Assembly (NCBI GenBank): GCA_964645205.1
Contig: CAZYBO010000004.1
Location: 177,623-241,622 of the forward strand
Origin: an uncultured Rickettsiales bacterium
GTDB lineage: Bacteria; Pseudomonadota; Alphaproteobacteria; Rickettsiales; SXRF01
Length of the DNA stretch: 64,000 nucleotides
Reading direction: 5' to 3'
In this document: piece after piece, positions 8,753 through 17,902 of the stretch
Layout: every line of letters starts with the position of its first letter
How positions within the stretch are numbered: the first letter of the stretch is position 1
The notes under the pieces: generated by a model
The model's input: the letters and a program-made list of their open reading frames with translations, nothing else
Told to the model about the DNA's origin: nothing
Databases searched by the model: none
Position numbers and translations under genes: made by a program

Positions 8753-9849
8753 CCGTCTTCAAGATGCAAAAGCAGCGCCGCCCCGATCAGGATCATCACC
8801 ACCGCAGGCGTCCAGGCGGCGAGCATCACAGGCAGCGTGCCCGCCGAGCCGAAAGCGAAGATCACGTCGGTGAAAAAATGCAGCAGGAAACCGGTGATGA
8901 TACCCGCCACCACAAGTATCCCTATTTTCCCGCGCCTTGGCAGGCGCAGCGAGAATACGGCAGCCACCATCACAGAGCCACTGAGCAGGAACGGATTCGC
9001 CAGCAGGCTCTGCCAGTAGAGCCGGTGGCGCAACGCTGAAAACCCGGCCTGTTCCAGCATGCCGATGAAGGACGGCAACTGCCAGAACGACATGGATTCC
9101 GGCGAGGCGAAACTATCCTGAATATGGTTCAGGGTGAGCGTCGTCGGCAACTTATATTCCGCGATCGCCTGCGGAGGCTTGCCGGGCACCGAGCGCGTTA
9201 CCTTGGTAAAATGCAGGTTGCCCAGTTCCAGCACGGCGCGCTCGGCGTCCAACCGTTCGAGAAACCGGTGTTTCTTGTCGAACGCGTAGACGGTGAGATT
9301 GGCGAACGACATATCGTTCTGCGACATGCGCGTGGCGTAGATGATATGCTCCCCCTCATCCTCCACCTGCCGCAGCCACAGGCCGGAAGAGGAAATAGCG
9401 AGCAGGCTAGGCTTGCCGGAGAAATATTTGCCTTCGAGCTGCTCGTAGCGCAGCATCATCACCGAGGCGATGGGGTTGAACGCCACCGTCATAAATACGC
9501 CCAGCGACAACACCACCGCAATAGCGGGCGACAGGAACTGCCACACCGATACGCCGGCCGAGCGCGCCACCACCAGCTCATGCGTGCGCGTGAGTTTGGT
9601 AAGGGCGATCATGCTGCCGATCAGCACCGCGTAGGGAATAAGTTTTTCCGCAATGGAAGGCAGTTTCAGCGCCGACATCTGCACGATGATGCCGAACGAC
9701 ACCATGTCCTTACCCGAGGCGCGGCGTATCAGCTCGATGATGTCCACCAGCACGGTGATGCCGATCAGCCCTCCCAGCGCCAGCAATATGGCAAAAAGGA
9801 AATGCTTCCCGATATAGCGCGACAACGTCCACGGCAGGCGCATGGCCAT
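8749..9849 (-). CDS. lptG: LPS export ABC permease LptG
   Basis: MAMRLPWTLSRYIGKHFLFAILLAL... belongs to the YjgP/YjgQ permease family. It lies directly downstream of lptF. Start set at ATG 9849. Confidence 0.88.
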   Translation of the reverse strand: MAMRLPWTLSRYIGKHFLFAILLALGGLIGITVLVDIIELIRRASGKDMVSFGIIVQMSALKLPSIAEKLIPYAVLIGSMIALTKLTRTHELVVARSAGVSVWQFLSPAIAVVLSLGVFMTVAFNPIASVMMLRYEQLEGKYFSGKPSLLAISSSGLWLRQVEDEGEHIIYATRMSQNDMSFANLTVYAFDKKHRFLERLDAERAVLELGNLHFTKVTRSVPGKPPQAIAEYKLPTTLTLNHIQDSFASPESMSFWQLPSFIGMLEQAGFSALRHRLYWQSLLANPFLLSGSVMVAAVFSLRLPRRGKIGILVVAGIITGFLLHFFTDVIFAFGSAGTLPVMLAAWTPAVVMILIGAALLLHLEDG

Positions 9850-9850
9850 A

Positions 9851-10960
9851 TTACACCGCCTTCCTTTCCTGCATGCGCGGCGGCATCGCTCTGCCCTCGC
9901 GACTGAGCATGCGGGATGCGGCGAGCGCCGGTATGATAAGATTGAGGTAAGCGAGCGCCACCATCTGCGGATGCAGCGCCATGCCGCCGCGCAGTCCGAC
10001 CGCGGTAAACAGGATCGCCGTGCCGATACACACCGCAAACGCGATACGCTGCCAGTGGCCGCGCCGGTTGAATTCGCCCGTCAGCAGCACAGCCAGCGCC
10101 AGCAGCGTCAGGCAACCCGCATAGGCAGGCCACAGCAGGCGCTGGTGACCTTCAGCGAAGCGTTTGTTATTGTCGCCGGGGGAAATCGCATCGTTATAGG
10201 TGAAAAGCTGGTGCAGGAACAGCTCCTGCGGATCGGCGGGACGTACCGACATGGATTTGGCGTACAGGCTGATGTCCAGCGTGTAGCTGTCGAAATTGAG
10301 GAACGAGAGCTTGCCGTTCTTGACTTCCTGACGGTTGCCGATTTTGAGGAAAAAGCGCGGCCCCTGAGAGGTTTCCACCAGCTTGCCTTCTTCGGCCATC
10401 ATGGTCACCGAGGTGCCGGGCGTGCGCGCGTCGTGCACAAGGATACCATGCAGGATATTATCGGCGTCGCGCTCGCGGATGAACACCATCAGCCCTTCCA
10501 CCGGGTTGGAAAACACGCCTTCCTGCAGCAGGATCGATACGTAATTATTGCGCAGGAACGACTGCATGTCGCGGAACTGCTTGTAGCTCACCGGCTGCAC
10601 ATATAAGGCGATAGCATAGGCGACGGCCATCACCCCGACGGATACCTGCAGCGCAGGTTTCGCCAGCTTCCAGCGACTTAAGCCCGCAGCCTGCATCACC
10701 ACCAACTCGCTGTCGATTTTCAGCTTATTGTAGACGAACAGCACCGAGCAGAACAAGGCGGGCGGGAGGATCATGAACAGCAGCGAGGGAATCAGCAGCA
10801 CGGTGAGCGTGAGAAACACCGTGATCGACACGCCCTGATTCACGATAAAGTCAATAAAGCGCAGCGCTTGCGTCAGCCAGACGATGCTGGTAAGGCTGAA
10901 CGTAATCAGCACCGTAGAGGTAATCAGGTGTCTGGCGATGTATTTATTGTACTGCTGCAT
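9851..10960 (-). CDS. lptF: LPS export ABC permease LptF
   Basis: MQQYNKYIARHLITSTVLITFSLTSIVWLTQALRFIDF... It is divergent from pepA, the conserved pepA/lptF arrangement. Start set at ATG 10960. Confidence 0.88.
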   Translation of the reverse strand: MQQYNKYIARHLITSTVLITFSLTSIVWLTQALRFIDFIVNQGVSITVFLTLTVLLIPSLLFMILPPALFCSVLFVYNKLKIDSELVVMQAAGLSRWKLAKPALQVSVGVMAVAYAIALYVQPVSYKQFRDMQSFLRNNYVSILLQEGVFSNPVEGLMVFIRERDADNILHGILVHDARTPGTSVTMMAEEGKLVETSQGPRFFLKIGNRQEVKNGKLSFLNFDSYTLDISLYAKSMSVRPADPQELFLHQLFTYNDAISPGDNNKRFAEGHQRLLWPAYAGCLTLLALAVLLTGEFNRRGHWQRIAFAVCIGTAILFTAVGLRGGMALHPQMVALAYLNLIIPALAASRMLSREGRAMPPRMQERKAV

Positions 10961-11000
10961 ACATATTGAATAATCCGAAAGGATTGCAAAGGGAAGCCAT

Positions 11001-12503
11001 ATGAAGATCCAATTTACCGAACTGTCCGCAAAAACCTCCGATAAAGCGATTATCCTGCCTGTGGGTGAGGATAAAAAACTTTCTTCATTCGGCCAATCCC
11101 TCGATAAACAGACCGGCGGCGCGCTGTCGAAGGCGCTCGCCACCGCGCGGTTTTCCGGCAAGGCGGGGCAATGCCTATCCGTTATCCCACCTGCGAACGT
11201 GAAAATCGACCGTATCGTGCTTGCGGGTTACGGCACGGCGAAAGCGCTCACTGCCACGGCGCTGGAAAATCTCGGCGGCAACGCGGTGGGGCATCTGCTG
11301 CCTACGGGCTGTGCTTCAGCTACGTTTGCTATTGAAGCGATCAAAGGCATGGGGGCATCCCTGCCGGAAGCAGCGGCGCGGATTGCGCACGGCGCGTACT
11401 TACGCAGCTATAATTTCAATAAATATTTCACCAAGACGCCCGCAGACGAGAAGCCGAAACTGGCTTCGTTCACCGTAGCCGGTGCGAGCGCAAAAGCCGC
11501 CGCTACCGCTTACGCGCCACTGGAGAAAATCGCAGACGGCGTGTGCTTCACGCGCAACTTGGTCAGCGAGCCTGCCAACATCATCAACCCGGAAACGCTC
11601 GCCGAAAAATGCCTTGAGCTGAAAAAGCTCGGCGTGGAAGTGGATGTGATGGGCGAAGAGGAAATGTACAAGCTCGGCATGGGCGCGCTGCTTGGCGTCG
11701 GGCAAGGCTCGGCGATGGAATCGCAGCTCGTCGTGATGCGCTGGAACGGGCTCGGCAAAGCCTCCAAAACCGCGCCGATCGCGTTCGTGGGCAAAGGCGT
11801 GACGTTCGACACCGGCGGCATCAGCATCAAGCCCGCAGGTGGCATGGAAGAAATGAAATGGGACATGGGCGGCGCGGGCGTCGTCATCGGCCTGATGAAA
11901 GCGCTGGCGGGACGCAAGGCAAAGGTCAACGTGGTCGGCGTAGTCGGGCTGGTGGAAAACATGCCCGGCGGCAACGCGCAGCGCCCCGGCGACGTGGTCA
12001 CCTCCTACTCAGGGCAGACTATCGAAGTGCTTAATACCGACGCCGAAGGCCGCCTAGTTCTGGCCGACGCGCTGTGGTATACTCAGAAACATTTCAAGCC
12101 GAAATTCATCGTCGATTTAGCCACGCTCACGGGCGCGATCATCGTCGCGCTCGGCACCTCGCGCGCCGGGCTGTTCTCCAACAACGACCAGCTCGCGGAG
12201 CGCCTGTCCAAAATCGGCGCATCCACCGGCGAGGAAGTGTGGCGCCTGCCGCTGGGTGATGTGTACGACAAACAAATCAACTCCGACATTGCCGACATGC
12301 AGAATATCGGTAAAGACCGCGAAGCCGGAAGCATCACCGCTGCGCAATTCTTGCAGCGTTTCGTCAATGATGTGCCGTGGGCGCATCTCGACATCGCAGG
12401 CGTGGCATGGAGCAAAAAAGATTCCGCCATCGTGCCGAAAGGTGCGACCGCGTGGGGTGTAAGAATGCTCAACGAGCTGGTGGCGGAATATTACGAGGGG
12501 TAA
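11001..12503 (+). CDS. pepA: Leucyl aminopeptidase (M17)
   Basis: 500 aa with the M17 signature NTDAEGRLVLADAL and VGKGVTFDTGGISIKP. Confidence 0.95.
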   Translation: MKIQFTELSAKTSDKAIILPVGEDKKLSSFGQSLDKQTGGALSKALATARFSGKAGQCLSVIPPANVKIDRIVLAGYGTAKALTATALENLGGNAVGHLLPTGCASATFAIEAIKGMGASLPEAAARIAHGAYLRSYNFNKYFTKTPADEKPKLASFTVAGASAKAAATAYAPLEKIADGVCFTRNLVSEPANIINPETLAEKCLELKKLGVEVDVMGEEEMYKLGMGALLGVGQGSAMESQLVVMRWNGLGKASKTAPIAFVGKGVTFDTGGISIKPAGGMEEMKWDMGGAGVVIGLMKALAGRKAKVNVVGVVGLVENMPGGNAQRPGDVVTSYSGQTIEVLNTDAEGRLVLADALWYTQKHFKPKFIVDLATLTGAIIVALGTSRAGLFSNNDQLAERLSKIGASTGEEVWRLPLGDVYDKQINSDIADMQNIGKDREAGSITAAQFLQRFVNDVPWAHLDIAGVAWSKKDSAIVPKGATAWGVRMLNELVAEYYEG

Positions 12504-12507
12504 TAAT

Positions 12508-12969
12508 TTGACCGCCATCCAGTTCTACCACCTCACCGCCACGCCGCTGGAGCGCGCGTTGCCGAAGCTGCTGGAAAAAGCGCTGGCGGCAGGTAACCGC
12601 ATCCTGTTGCTGGAGGAAAACGACCAGCGGCGCGACCATCTGAATCAGCTATTGTGGACGTACGATCCGGGTAGTTTCCTGCCGCATGGTAGCACGCAGG
12701 ACGGCGACCCGCAGGATCATCCGATATTGCTTTCACCCGGCCTTGAGAATGCCAATAACGCCAATCTCCTGCTGGTAGCCGACGGCAGAACCGTAGAAAA
12801 TACCGATGGGTTCGCCCGCATTCTCGACATGTTTGACGGGCGCAATGACGAGGCAACCGCCAGTGCAAGGGTACGTTGGAAGCAGTACAAGGGTGCCGGA
12901 CATACCCTCACCTATTTGCGCCAAACCGAACAAGGCGGGTGGGAGCAGTCAGCCTCCACAACCGCGTAA
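12508..12969 (+). CDS. holC: DNA polymerase III chi subunit
   Basis: 153 aa: (M)TAIQFYHLTATPLERALPKLLEKALAAGNRILL... It lies downstream of pepA as in many proteobacteria. TTG start with GAGGGG 8 nt upstream. Confidence 0.85.
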   Translation: MTAIQFYHLTATPLERALPKLLEKALAAGNRILLLEENDQRRDHLNQLLWTYDPGSFLPHGSTQDGDPQDHPILLSPGLENANNANLLLVADGRTVENTDGFARILDMFDGRNDEATASARVRWKQYKGAGHTLTYLRQTEQGGWEQSASTTA

Positions 12970-13642
12970 ACACAAAAATACAGACCCCCAGCGAAAATAA
13001 AAACTCCGCCGGTTCCTGATCGCCCCAGCCGACTGCGCGCCCGATATGCCAGTCCTTGGAATCGAAAACAACCGCCAGATAGCCGGAGAATCGCAGGTAG
13101 CTGTAGTAGGTCAATAACGGGAGAAAATAGAATACATAACCCACCGACGGGATAAGGAACTCCGCGACATCGCGGCGGAACCTGCGGATAGTGCGATGCA
13201 GCAACGCACCGAACGTGCCGTATGCGCCTACGATAATCCATGCGTTGAGCAGGTAGAAATACAGCGAATAGATATTATGCAGAGTGAATTCACGCTGGCT
13301 GTTGATCTTGCGCAACGTATCGGGCGTGCCGAAGCCGGCGATGCGCTGCCCCCATGAGATTTCTTCGCCCGCGATAAAAAACAGCCCGAACGCCAACAGT
13401 GCATAGAGGCAGGCGAACCAGCGGTGACGCTGCCGCCACAGCATGCGCATAACGATCAGACTGCCCAGCGAGGCGGCGGCATAAAACACGAACTGACAAG
13501 TTTCCAATATATTGTCTTCTTCGAGGATTTGCAGGTACACGTCGCGCCAATAAAAACGCAACGCAGCGAAAAATACGAGATAGCAGACCGGCAGCCAGAA
13601 CAGCAGCACACCCCCGATATTCGTCAACGGCTTGAAATGCAT
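12908..13642 (-). CDS. Hypothetical polytopic membrane protein
   Basis: 244 aa with at least 6 hydrophobic segments rich in aromatic residues. ATG start. Its 3' end overlaps the holC 3' end by 62 nt (convergent). Confidence 0.6.
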   Translation of the reverse strand: MHFKPLTNIGGVLLFWLPVCYLVFFAALRFYWRDVYLQILEEDNILETCQFVFYAAASLGSLIVMRMLWRQRHRWFACLYALLAFGLFFIAGEEISWGQRIAGFGTPDTLRKINSQREFTLHNIYSLYFYLLNAWIIVGAYGTFGALLHRTIRRFRRDVAEFLIPSVGYVFYFLPLLTYYSYLRFSGYLAVVFDSKDWHIGRAVGWGDQEPAEFLFSLGVCIFVFTRLWRLTAPTRLVRFGANR

Positions 13643-13743
13643 GTTTTTTCCTATAGGATACAGGCGTCCATTATAGCGTATTTTTAGGGCTTTCCCATGA
13701 TAAAAGCCGTTGCATTACGCGCCACAGCCGGTATGACCGTGGC

Positions 13744-15330
13744 ATGAACACACCATCACCCATCGCAACCCGCCGTACCTTCGCGATTATTTCGCATCCC
13801 GACGCGGGTAAAACCACGCTTACTGAAAAGCTCCTGCTGTTCGGGGGTGCGATCCATCTGGCGGGCGCAGTGAAGGCGAAAAAGGGCGGGCAATCGGCAC
13901 GCTCGGACTGGATGGCGATCGAACAGCAGCGCGGAATTTCGGTCACCGCTTCGGTGATGACGTTTGAATATAACGGCCACACCATCAACCTACTCGACAC
14001 GCCCGGCCACAAGGATTTCTCCGAAGATACCTACCGCACACTGACGGCGGTGGATTCTGCCGTGATGGTACTCGATGGCGCGAAGGGCATCGAGGAGCAG
14101 ACACTCAAGCTGTTTGAAGTCTGCCGCCTGCGCGATACGCCGATTATTACGTTCATCAACAAGATGGATCGCGAGACGCGCGAGCCGTTTGAGCTGCTGG
14201 ATGAAATTGAAAAACGCTTAGCGCTTTCGGTGTGCCCGATCACCTGGCCGATCGGCATGGGCGAGCGCTTCCGCGGCTGCTACAACCTGATGACCGACAC
14301 CCTGCATCTTTTCGACGATGATCGCGGTGAACGCATCACACAGGGCGTCACCTACAAGGGCGCAAACGACCCTGCGCTCGACGAGCTCGTACCCGCCGCA
14401 GAACTCGTGAAATTCCGCGAGGAAGTGGCGATGGTCAAGGAAATCTACCCGCCGTTCGACAGCGAGCATTACCTCGAAGGCCATTTGACGCCGGTATTCT
14501 TCGGCAGCGCCATCAATAATTTCGGCGTGCGCGAATTGCTGCACGCGCTGTGCGAACTCGCGCCGCCGCCGCGCATTCAAGCCGCCGAGCCGCGCGCAGT
14601 CAAACCGGAAGAACCGAAATTCACCGGCTTCGTGTTCAAGATTCAGGCGAATATGGACAAGAATCACCGTGATCGCATCGCGTTCGTACGCATCTGCTCG
14701 GGCAAATACACGCGCGGCATGAAAGTGCTGCATGTGCGCTCCGGCAAAACGCTCGCGCTCAACAACCCGGTACTGTTTTTGGCGCGTGAACGCGAGCTGG
14801 CGGAAGAAGCATGGCCGGGCGATATTTTAGGCATTCCCGGCCACGGGCACTTACGCATCGGCGACAGCCTCACCGAAGGCGAAGCGCTGCATTTTACCGG
14901 TATCCCTAGTTTCGCACCGGAATTATTTCAGCGCGTGCGCCTGGAAGACCCGCTGAAATCCAAACAACTCAAAGCCGCGCTGGAACAGCTCGCCGAGGAA
15001 GGCGCGTCGCAGATTTTCAAGCCGCTCGATGGCTCGCCGTGGATCATCGGCGTTGTCGGCCAATTGCAGTTCGACGTAATCGCCTCACGCCTGCAAAGCG
15101 AATATGGCGTGAAGGGCAGTTTTGAATCCGTACCCTACACGTCCGCGCGCTGGCTCAAGGCCAAAGATCCCGCCCAACTGCGGCAATTCGCCGATAAAAA
15201 TAAATACACCACCGCCGAAGACGCCAGCGGCGCGCTGGCGTATATGGCGTCCAACGCATGGAATTTACAGCGCACCGAGCAGGACTGGCCGGACGTGCAA
15301 TTCCTAAAAACGCGCGAACACGCGGGGTAA
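13744..15330 (+). CDS. prfC: Peptide chain release factor 3
   Basis: 528 aa with GTPase motifs AIISHPDAGKTTLTEKLL, DTPGHKDF and NKMD. Confidence 0.95.
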   Translation: MNTPSPIATRRTFAIISHPDAGKTTLTEKLLLFGGAIHLAGAVKAKKGGQSARSDWMAIEQQRGISVTASVMTFEYNGHTINLLDTPGHKDFSEDTYRTLTAVDSAVMVLDGAKGIEEQTLKLFEVCRLRDTPIITFINKMDRETREPFELLDEIEKRLALSVCPITWPIGMGERFRGCYNLMTDTLHLFDDDRGERITQGVTYKGANDPALDELVPAAELVKFREEVAMVKEIYPPFDSEHYLEGHLTPVFFGSAINNFGVRELLHALCELAPPPRIQAAEPRAVKPEEPKFTGFVFKIQANMDKNHRDRIAFVRICSGKYTRGMKVLHVRSGKTLALNNPVLFLARERELAEEAWPGDILGIPGHGHLRIGDSLTEGEALHFTGIPSFAPELFQRVRLEDPLKSKQLKAALEQLAEEGASQIFKPLDGSPWIIGVVGQLQFDVIASRLQSEYGVKGSFESVPYTSARWLKAKDPAQLRQFADKNKYTTAEDASGALAYMASNAWNLQRTEQDWPDVQFLKTREHAG

Positions 15331-15336
15331 CCCAGC

Positions 15337-16188
15337 TTACGCCGCTTCGCGCACTTCGATCACCGGATCGCGCCTTTTGACCGAAACCGGCATGTATTTC
15401 GGATTGAACAGCATCGGCTTGCGGTGGTGATTGCCGTGATAGTAGATGCCGAACCAGCAAGCGTTGGCGAGTTTATAGTAGAGGCTGTCGTCAAAATTGG
15501 CGGCGGCGGTTTCGCCGGTTTCTTCGTTGGCGGGATGCGCCGTGTAATTGATGTCGGCGAATAGCAAGTGGTTGGCGATATATGAGGGAATATAGAAGAA
15601 CACGAACCCTTCCGGCCCCAGTAGCAAAAACCACAGCAGCAGGTTACTCGACGCCATGATGAGGAACGTCACCAGCACGCCCTTGTGCAGCAGCTTCGTC
15701 TGCAGCCCTTCGCCCCAATGTTCGCGGTAACGCTTCGACACCACCGACGACGAATAGAGGAACATCGTGCGCGTAAACTGCCAGAACGACTTGCCCTTGG
15801 GCGGGTGCGGATCCAAATCGACATTGTCCGAATAATGGTGGTGCAGCAGGTGGATCAGTTTCCAGCCCATGAAGCCCCAAAGCTGGTGGATGCCCGACAG
15901 CGTGCCGAAAAAAACGTTCTGCCAGCGCTTTGGGAAACTGTCATGCGTAGCATTGTGAATGAACACCGCCGACAGCCCGCCGAAATAAATGCCGAACGGG
16001 ATCAGCAAAGCATGCCACAATGTCGGCGCAAAACTGTAAAATTCCGGCGGGCGGATAGCGATCATCACGGCGCACGCGCACGCACCCGCCACCGCCCATA
16101 GCGTGAACGAGCGTATGTGCAGATACCGATCCTGATAGAATTGCTGCGTCAACGACATGCGGTTTCCCCCGAAATACGAAGCCGCCAT
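15337..16188 (-). CDS. Membrane fatty-acid desaturase family protein
   Basis: Three histidine boxes (HNATHD, HLLHHHY, HGNHHRKP) in a multi-TM protein. Confidence 0.8.
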   Translation of the reverse strand: MAASYFGGNRMSLTQQFYQDRYLHIRSFTLWAVAGACACAVMIAIRPPEFYSFAPTLWHALLIPFGIYFGGLSAVFIHNATHDSFPKRWQNVFFGTLSGIHQLWGFMGWKLIHLLHHHYSDNVDLDPHPPKGKSFWQFTRTMFLYSSSVVSKRYREHWGEGLQTKLLHKGVLVTFLIMASSNLLLWFLLLGPEGFVFFYIPSYIANHLLFADINYTAHPANEETGETAAANFDDSLYYKLANACWFGIYYHGNHHRKPMLFNPKYMPVSVKRRDPVIEVREAA

Positions 16189-16296
16189 TCATAAGGGTAA
16201 CCGGGCGTTCTGGCAAGATTTACCTGTGAAAAAAGTGCGAACCCCCTGCCGGGACAATCCTTGCAGGCATATACTGGGGGAAACCAAGGAGGGATC

Positions 16297-16716
16297 ATGT
16301 TGCCGTGGATTGAGGGTATAAACGCAGTTTCCGGGCTTCTAGACCGGATCATTCCCGACCCCGAGGCGCGCGACCGCGCCAAGATCGAGCTGCTGAAGGC
16401 CGAGCGCGCGGGCGAGCTGGAAACCCTGAAACTGGCCATCACAGCCGATCATTCGCAAACCGACATCAACCGGCAGGAAGCCGCCAACCCCAACCTGTTC
16501 GTCTCCGGCTGGCGGCCGTTCATCGGCTGGGTGTGCGGCATCGCCTTTTCCTACCATTTCATCTTGCAACCCCTACTCGCCTTTACCATCGCCAACAGCG
16601 GCGGTAATGCCGCCCTACCCGCCTTCGACATGCAGGAACTGTCCACAGTGCTCATGGGCATATTGGGGCTGGGCAGCCTGAGAACCATTGAAAAAATCCG
16701 CGGGACTGGTAAGTAG
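16297..16716 (+). CDS. Holin of the 3TM type (GTA/phage-associated family)
   Basis: MLPWIEGINAVSGLLDRIIPDPEARDRAKIELLKAERAGELETLKLAI...QTDINRQEAANPNLFVSGWRPFIGWVCG resembles the alphaproteobacterial 3TM holin family. AAGGAGGG lies 4 nt before ATG 16297; the track start at 16261 is a TTG. Confidence 0.7.
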   Translation: MLPWIEGINAVSGLLDRIIPDPEARDRAKIELLKAERAGELETLKLAITADHSQTDINRQEAANPNLFVSGWRPFIGWVCGIAFSYHFILQPLLAFTIANSGGNAALPAFDMQELSTVLMGILGLGSLRTIEKIRGTGK

Positions 16717-16737
16717 GGCGTCCGGCACGCCACTTAC

Positions 16738-16811
16738 GCGGGTGTAGTTCAATGGTAGAACGGCAGCTTCCCAAGCTGCATACGAGGGTTCGATTCCCTT
16801 CACCCGCTCCA
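16738..16811 (+). tRNA. tRNA-Gly (anticodon CCC)
   Basis: GCGGGTGTAGTTCAATGGTAGAACGGCAGCTTCCCAAGCTGCATACGAGGGTTCGATTCCCTTCACCCGCTCCA. Anticodon stem GCAGC/GCTGC, loop TTCCCAA, T-loop GGTTCGATTCC. Confidence 0.95.
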
Positions 16812-16901
16812 CCCTTCGCCTTCGGCTTCGGGTGGCTTATGCCAGTAAGTCACATGAAGGCGACCTTAGGTGTAGGTGGGCTGGTTTCAAATCCCCGTCT
16901 G

Positions 16902-17411
16902 TTATTGAACGCTGCCCAGATAATCCTTCTTGCCGACATCCAACCCGTTATGACGCAGGATGGCGTAGGCGATGGTGGTGTGGAAATAGAGATTCGGGAT
17001 GACGAAGCTCAGCAGGTAGGGCTGGCCTTCGAATGTCATGTCGACGCCGCCGACCTTCAGCGCGATGGCGCGTTTTTCGCTGCCGTCGATCTGTTCGGGT
17101 TTAAATCCTTGTAAGAACGCGACGGTTTTGGCGATACGCGCCTGCAATTCGGGAAAGGTGGTTTCGGTATCGGCATAGCTCGGCACATCCACACCGGCGA
17201 GGCGAGCGGCGCAGCCTTTTACGCCATCGGTAGCAATCTGTATCTGGCGCGACAGCGGGAACATGTCTGGCGCGAGGCGGGCGTTGATCAATACGGACGG
17301 GTCGATTTTCTTCGCTTCGGCATAGGCGGCCGCTTTGGTGAGGATGGCGGAGAGGTTCTGCAGGCTGCGAATGAAGCCGGGGATGGACGCCTGATACATG
17401 GAGAGTGACAT
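16902..17411 (-). CDS. DUF1993 domain protein
   Basis: MSLSMYQASIPGFIRSLQNLSAILTKAAAYAEAKKIDPSVLINARLAPDMFPLSRQIQIATD matches the DUF1993 pattern. Confidence 0.75.
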   Translation of the reverse strand: MSLSMYQASIPGFIRSLQNLSAILTKAAAYAEAKKIDPSVLINARLAPDMFPLSRQIQIATDGVKGCAARLAGVDVPSYADTETTFPELQARIAKTVAFLQGFKPEQIDGSEKRAIALKVGGVDMTFEGQPYLLSFVIPNLYFHTTIAYAILRHNGLDVGKKDYLGSVQ

Positions 17412-17535
17412 AAGGGTGTGCTTTCTGCTTTAAAGGAGGTTAGCGAGCTATTGTGTCGTAACGCAGGATCGCGTATACTTCAATAGTTCGGGAATATAGA
17501 ACTATTAGGAAAAATGTCAAGAAGGGTATTGCGGC

Positions 17536-17898
17536 GTGCGGCAACTTTCCCATCCGAAAATCGAGGACATCACGGTCGAGGGCGTGCTTTACGCGCTCAG
17601 CGATCCCGTGCGTATGCGCATTTTCATGATGCTGGCAGGCGCGGAATGCACCAAGAATTGCTCCTCGATCGCCAATGCCTGCGAAACACCGCTGCCGAAA
17701 TCCACCCTGTCGCAACACTTCAAAATCCTGCGCGAAGCCGGATTGATTTACAGCGAGCGCAAAGGCGTGGAGATGCATAGCCGCACGCGCTGCGCCGAGT
17801 TGAAAACGCGTTTCGGGGATATGGTGGGAACAATCGTCACCGCCTATACCGCGCAGCAAAAAAAGAAAAAATCCCCGGCGAAAAAAAAGGTTCGCTGA
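17536..17898 (+). CDS. ArsR/SmtB-family HTH transcriptional regulator
   Basis: LYALSDPVRMRIFMMLA...LPKSTLSQHFKILREAGLIYSERKG is a winged-helix ArsR signature. The gene is divergent from the DUF1993 gene. GTG start. Confidence 0.8.
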   Translation: MRQLSHPKIEDITVEGVLYALSDPVRMRIFMMLAGAECTKNCSSIANACETPLPKSTLSQHFKILREAGLIYSERKGVEMHSRTRCAELKTRFGDMVGTIVTAYTAQQKKKKSPAKKKVR

Positions 17899-17902
17899 TC
17901 GC

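Noticed and set aside
16860-16900. tRNA-like fragment (GGTTTCAAATCCCC) downstream of tRNA-Gly, considered as a possible att-site duplication
   Set aside because: The putative T-stem does not pair, and there is no similarity to the adjacent tRNA-Gly 3' end (GGTTCGATTCCCTTCACCCGC). It is most likely a chance match.
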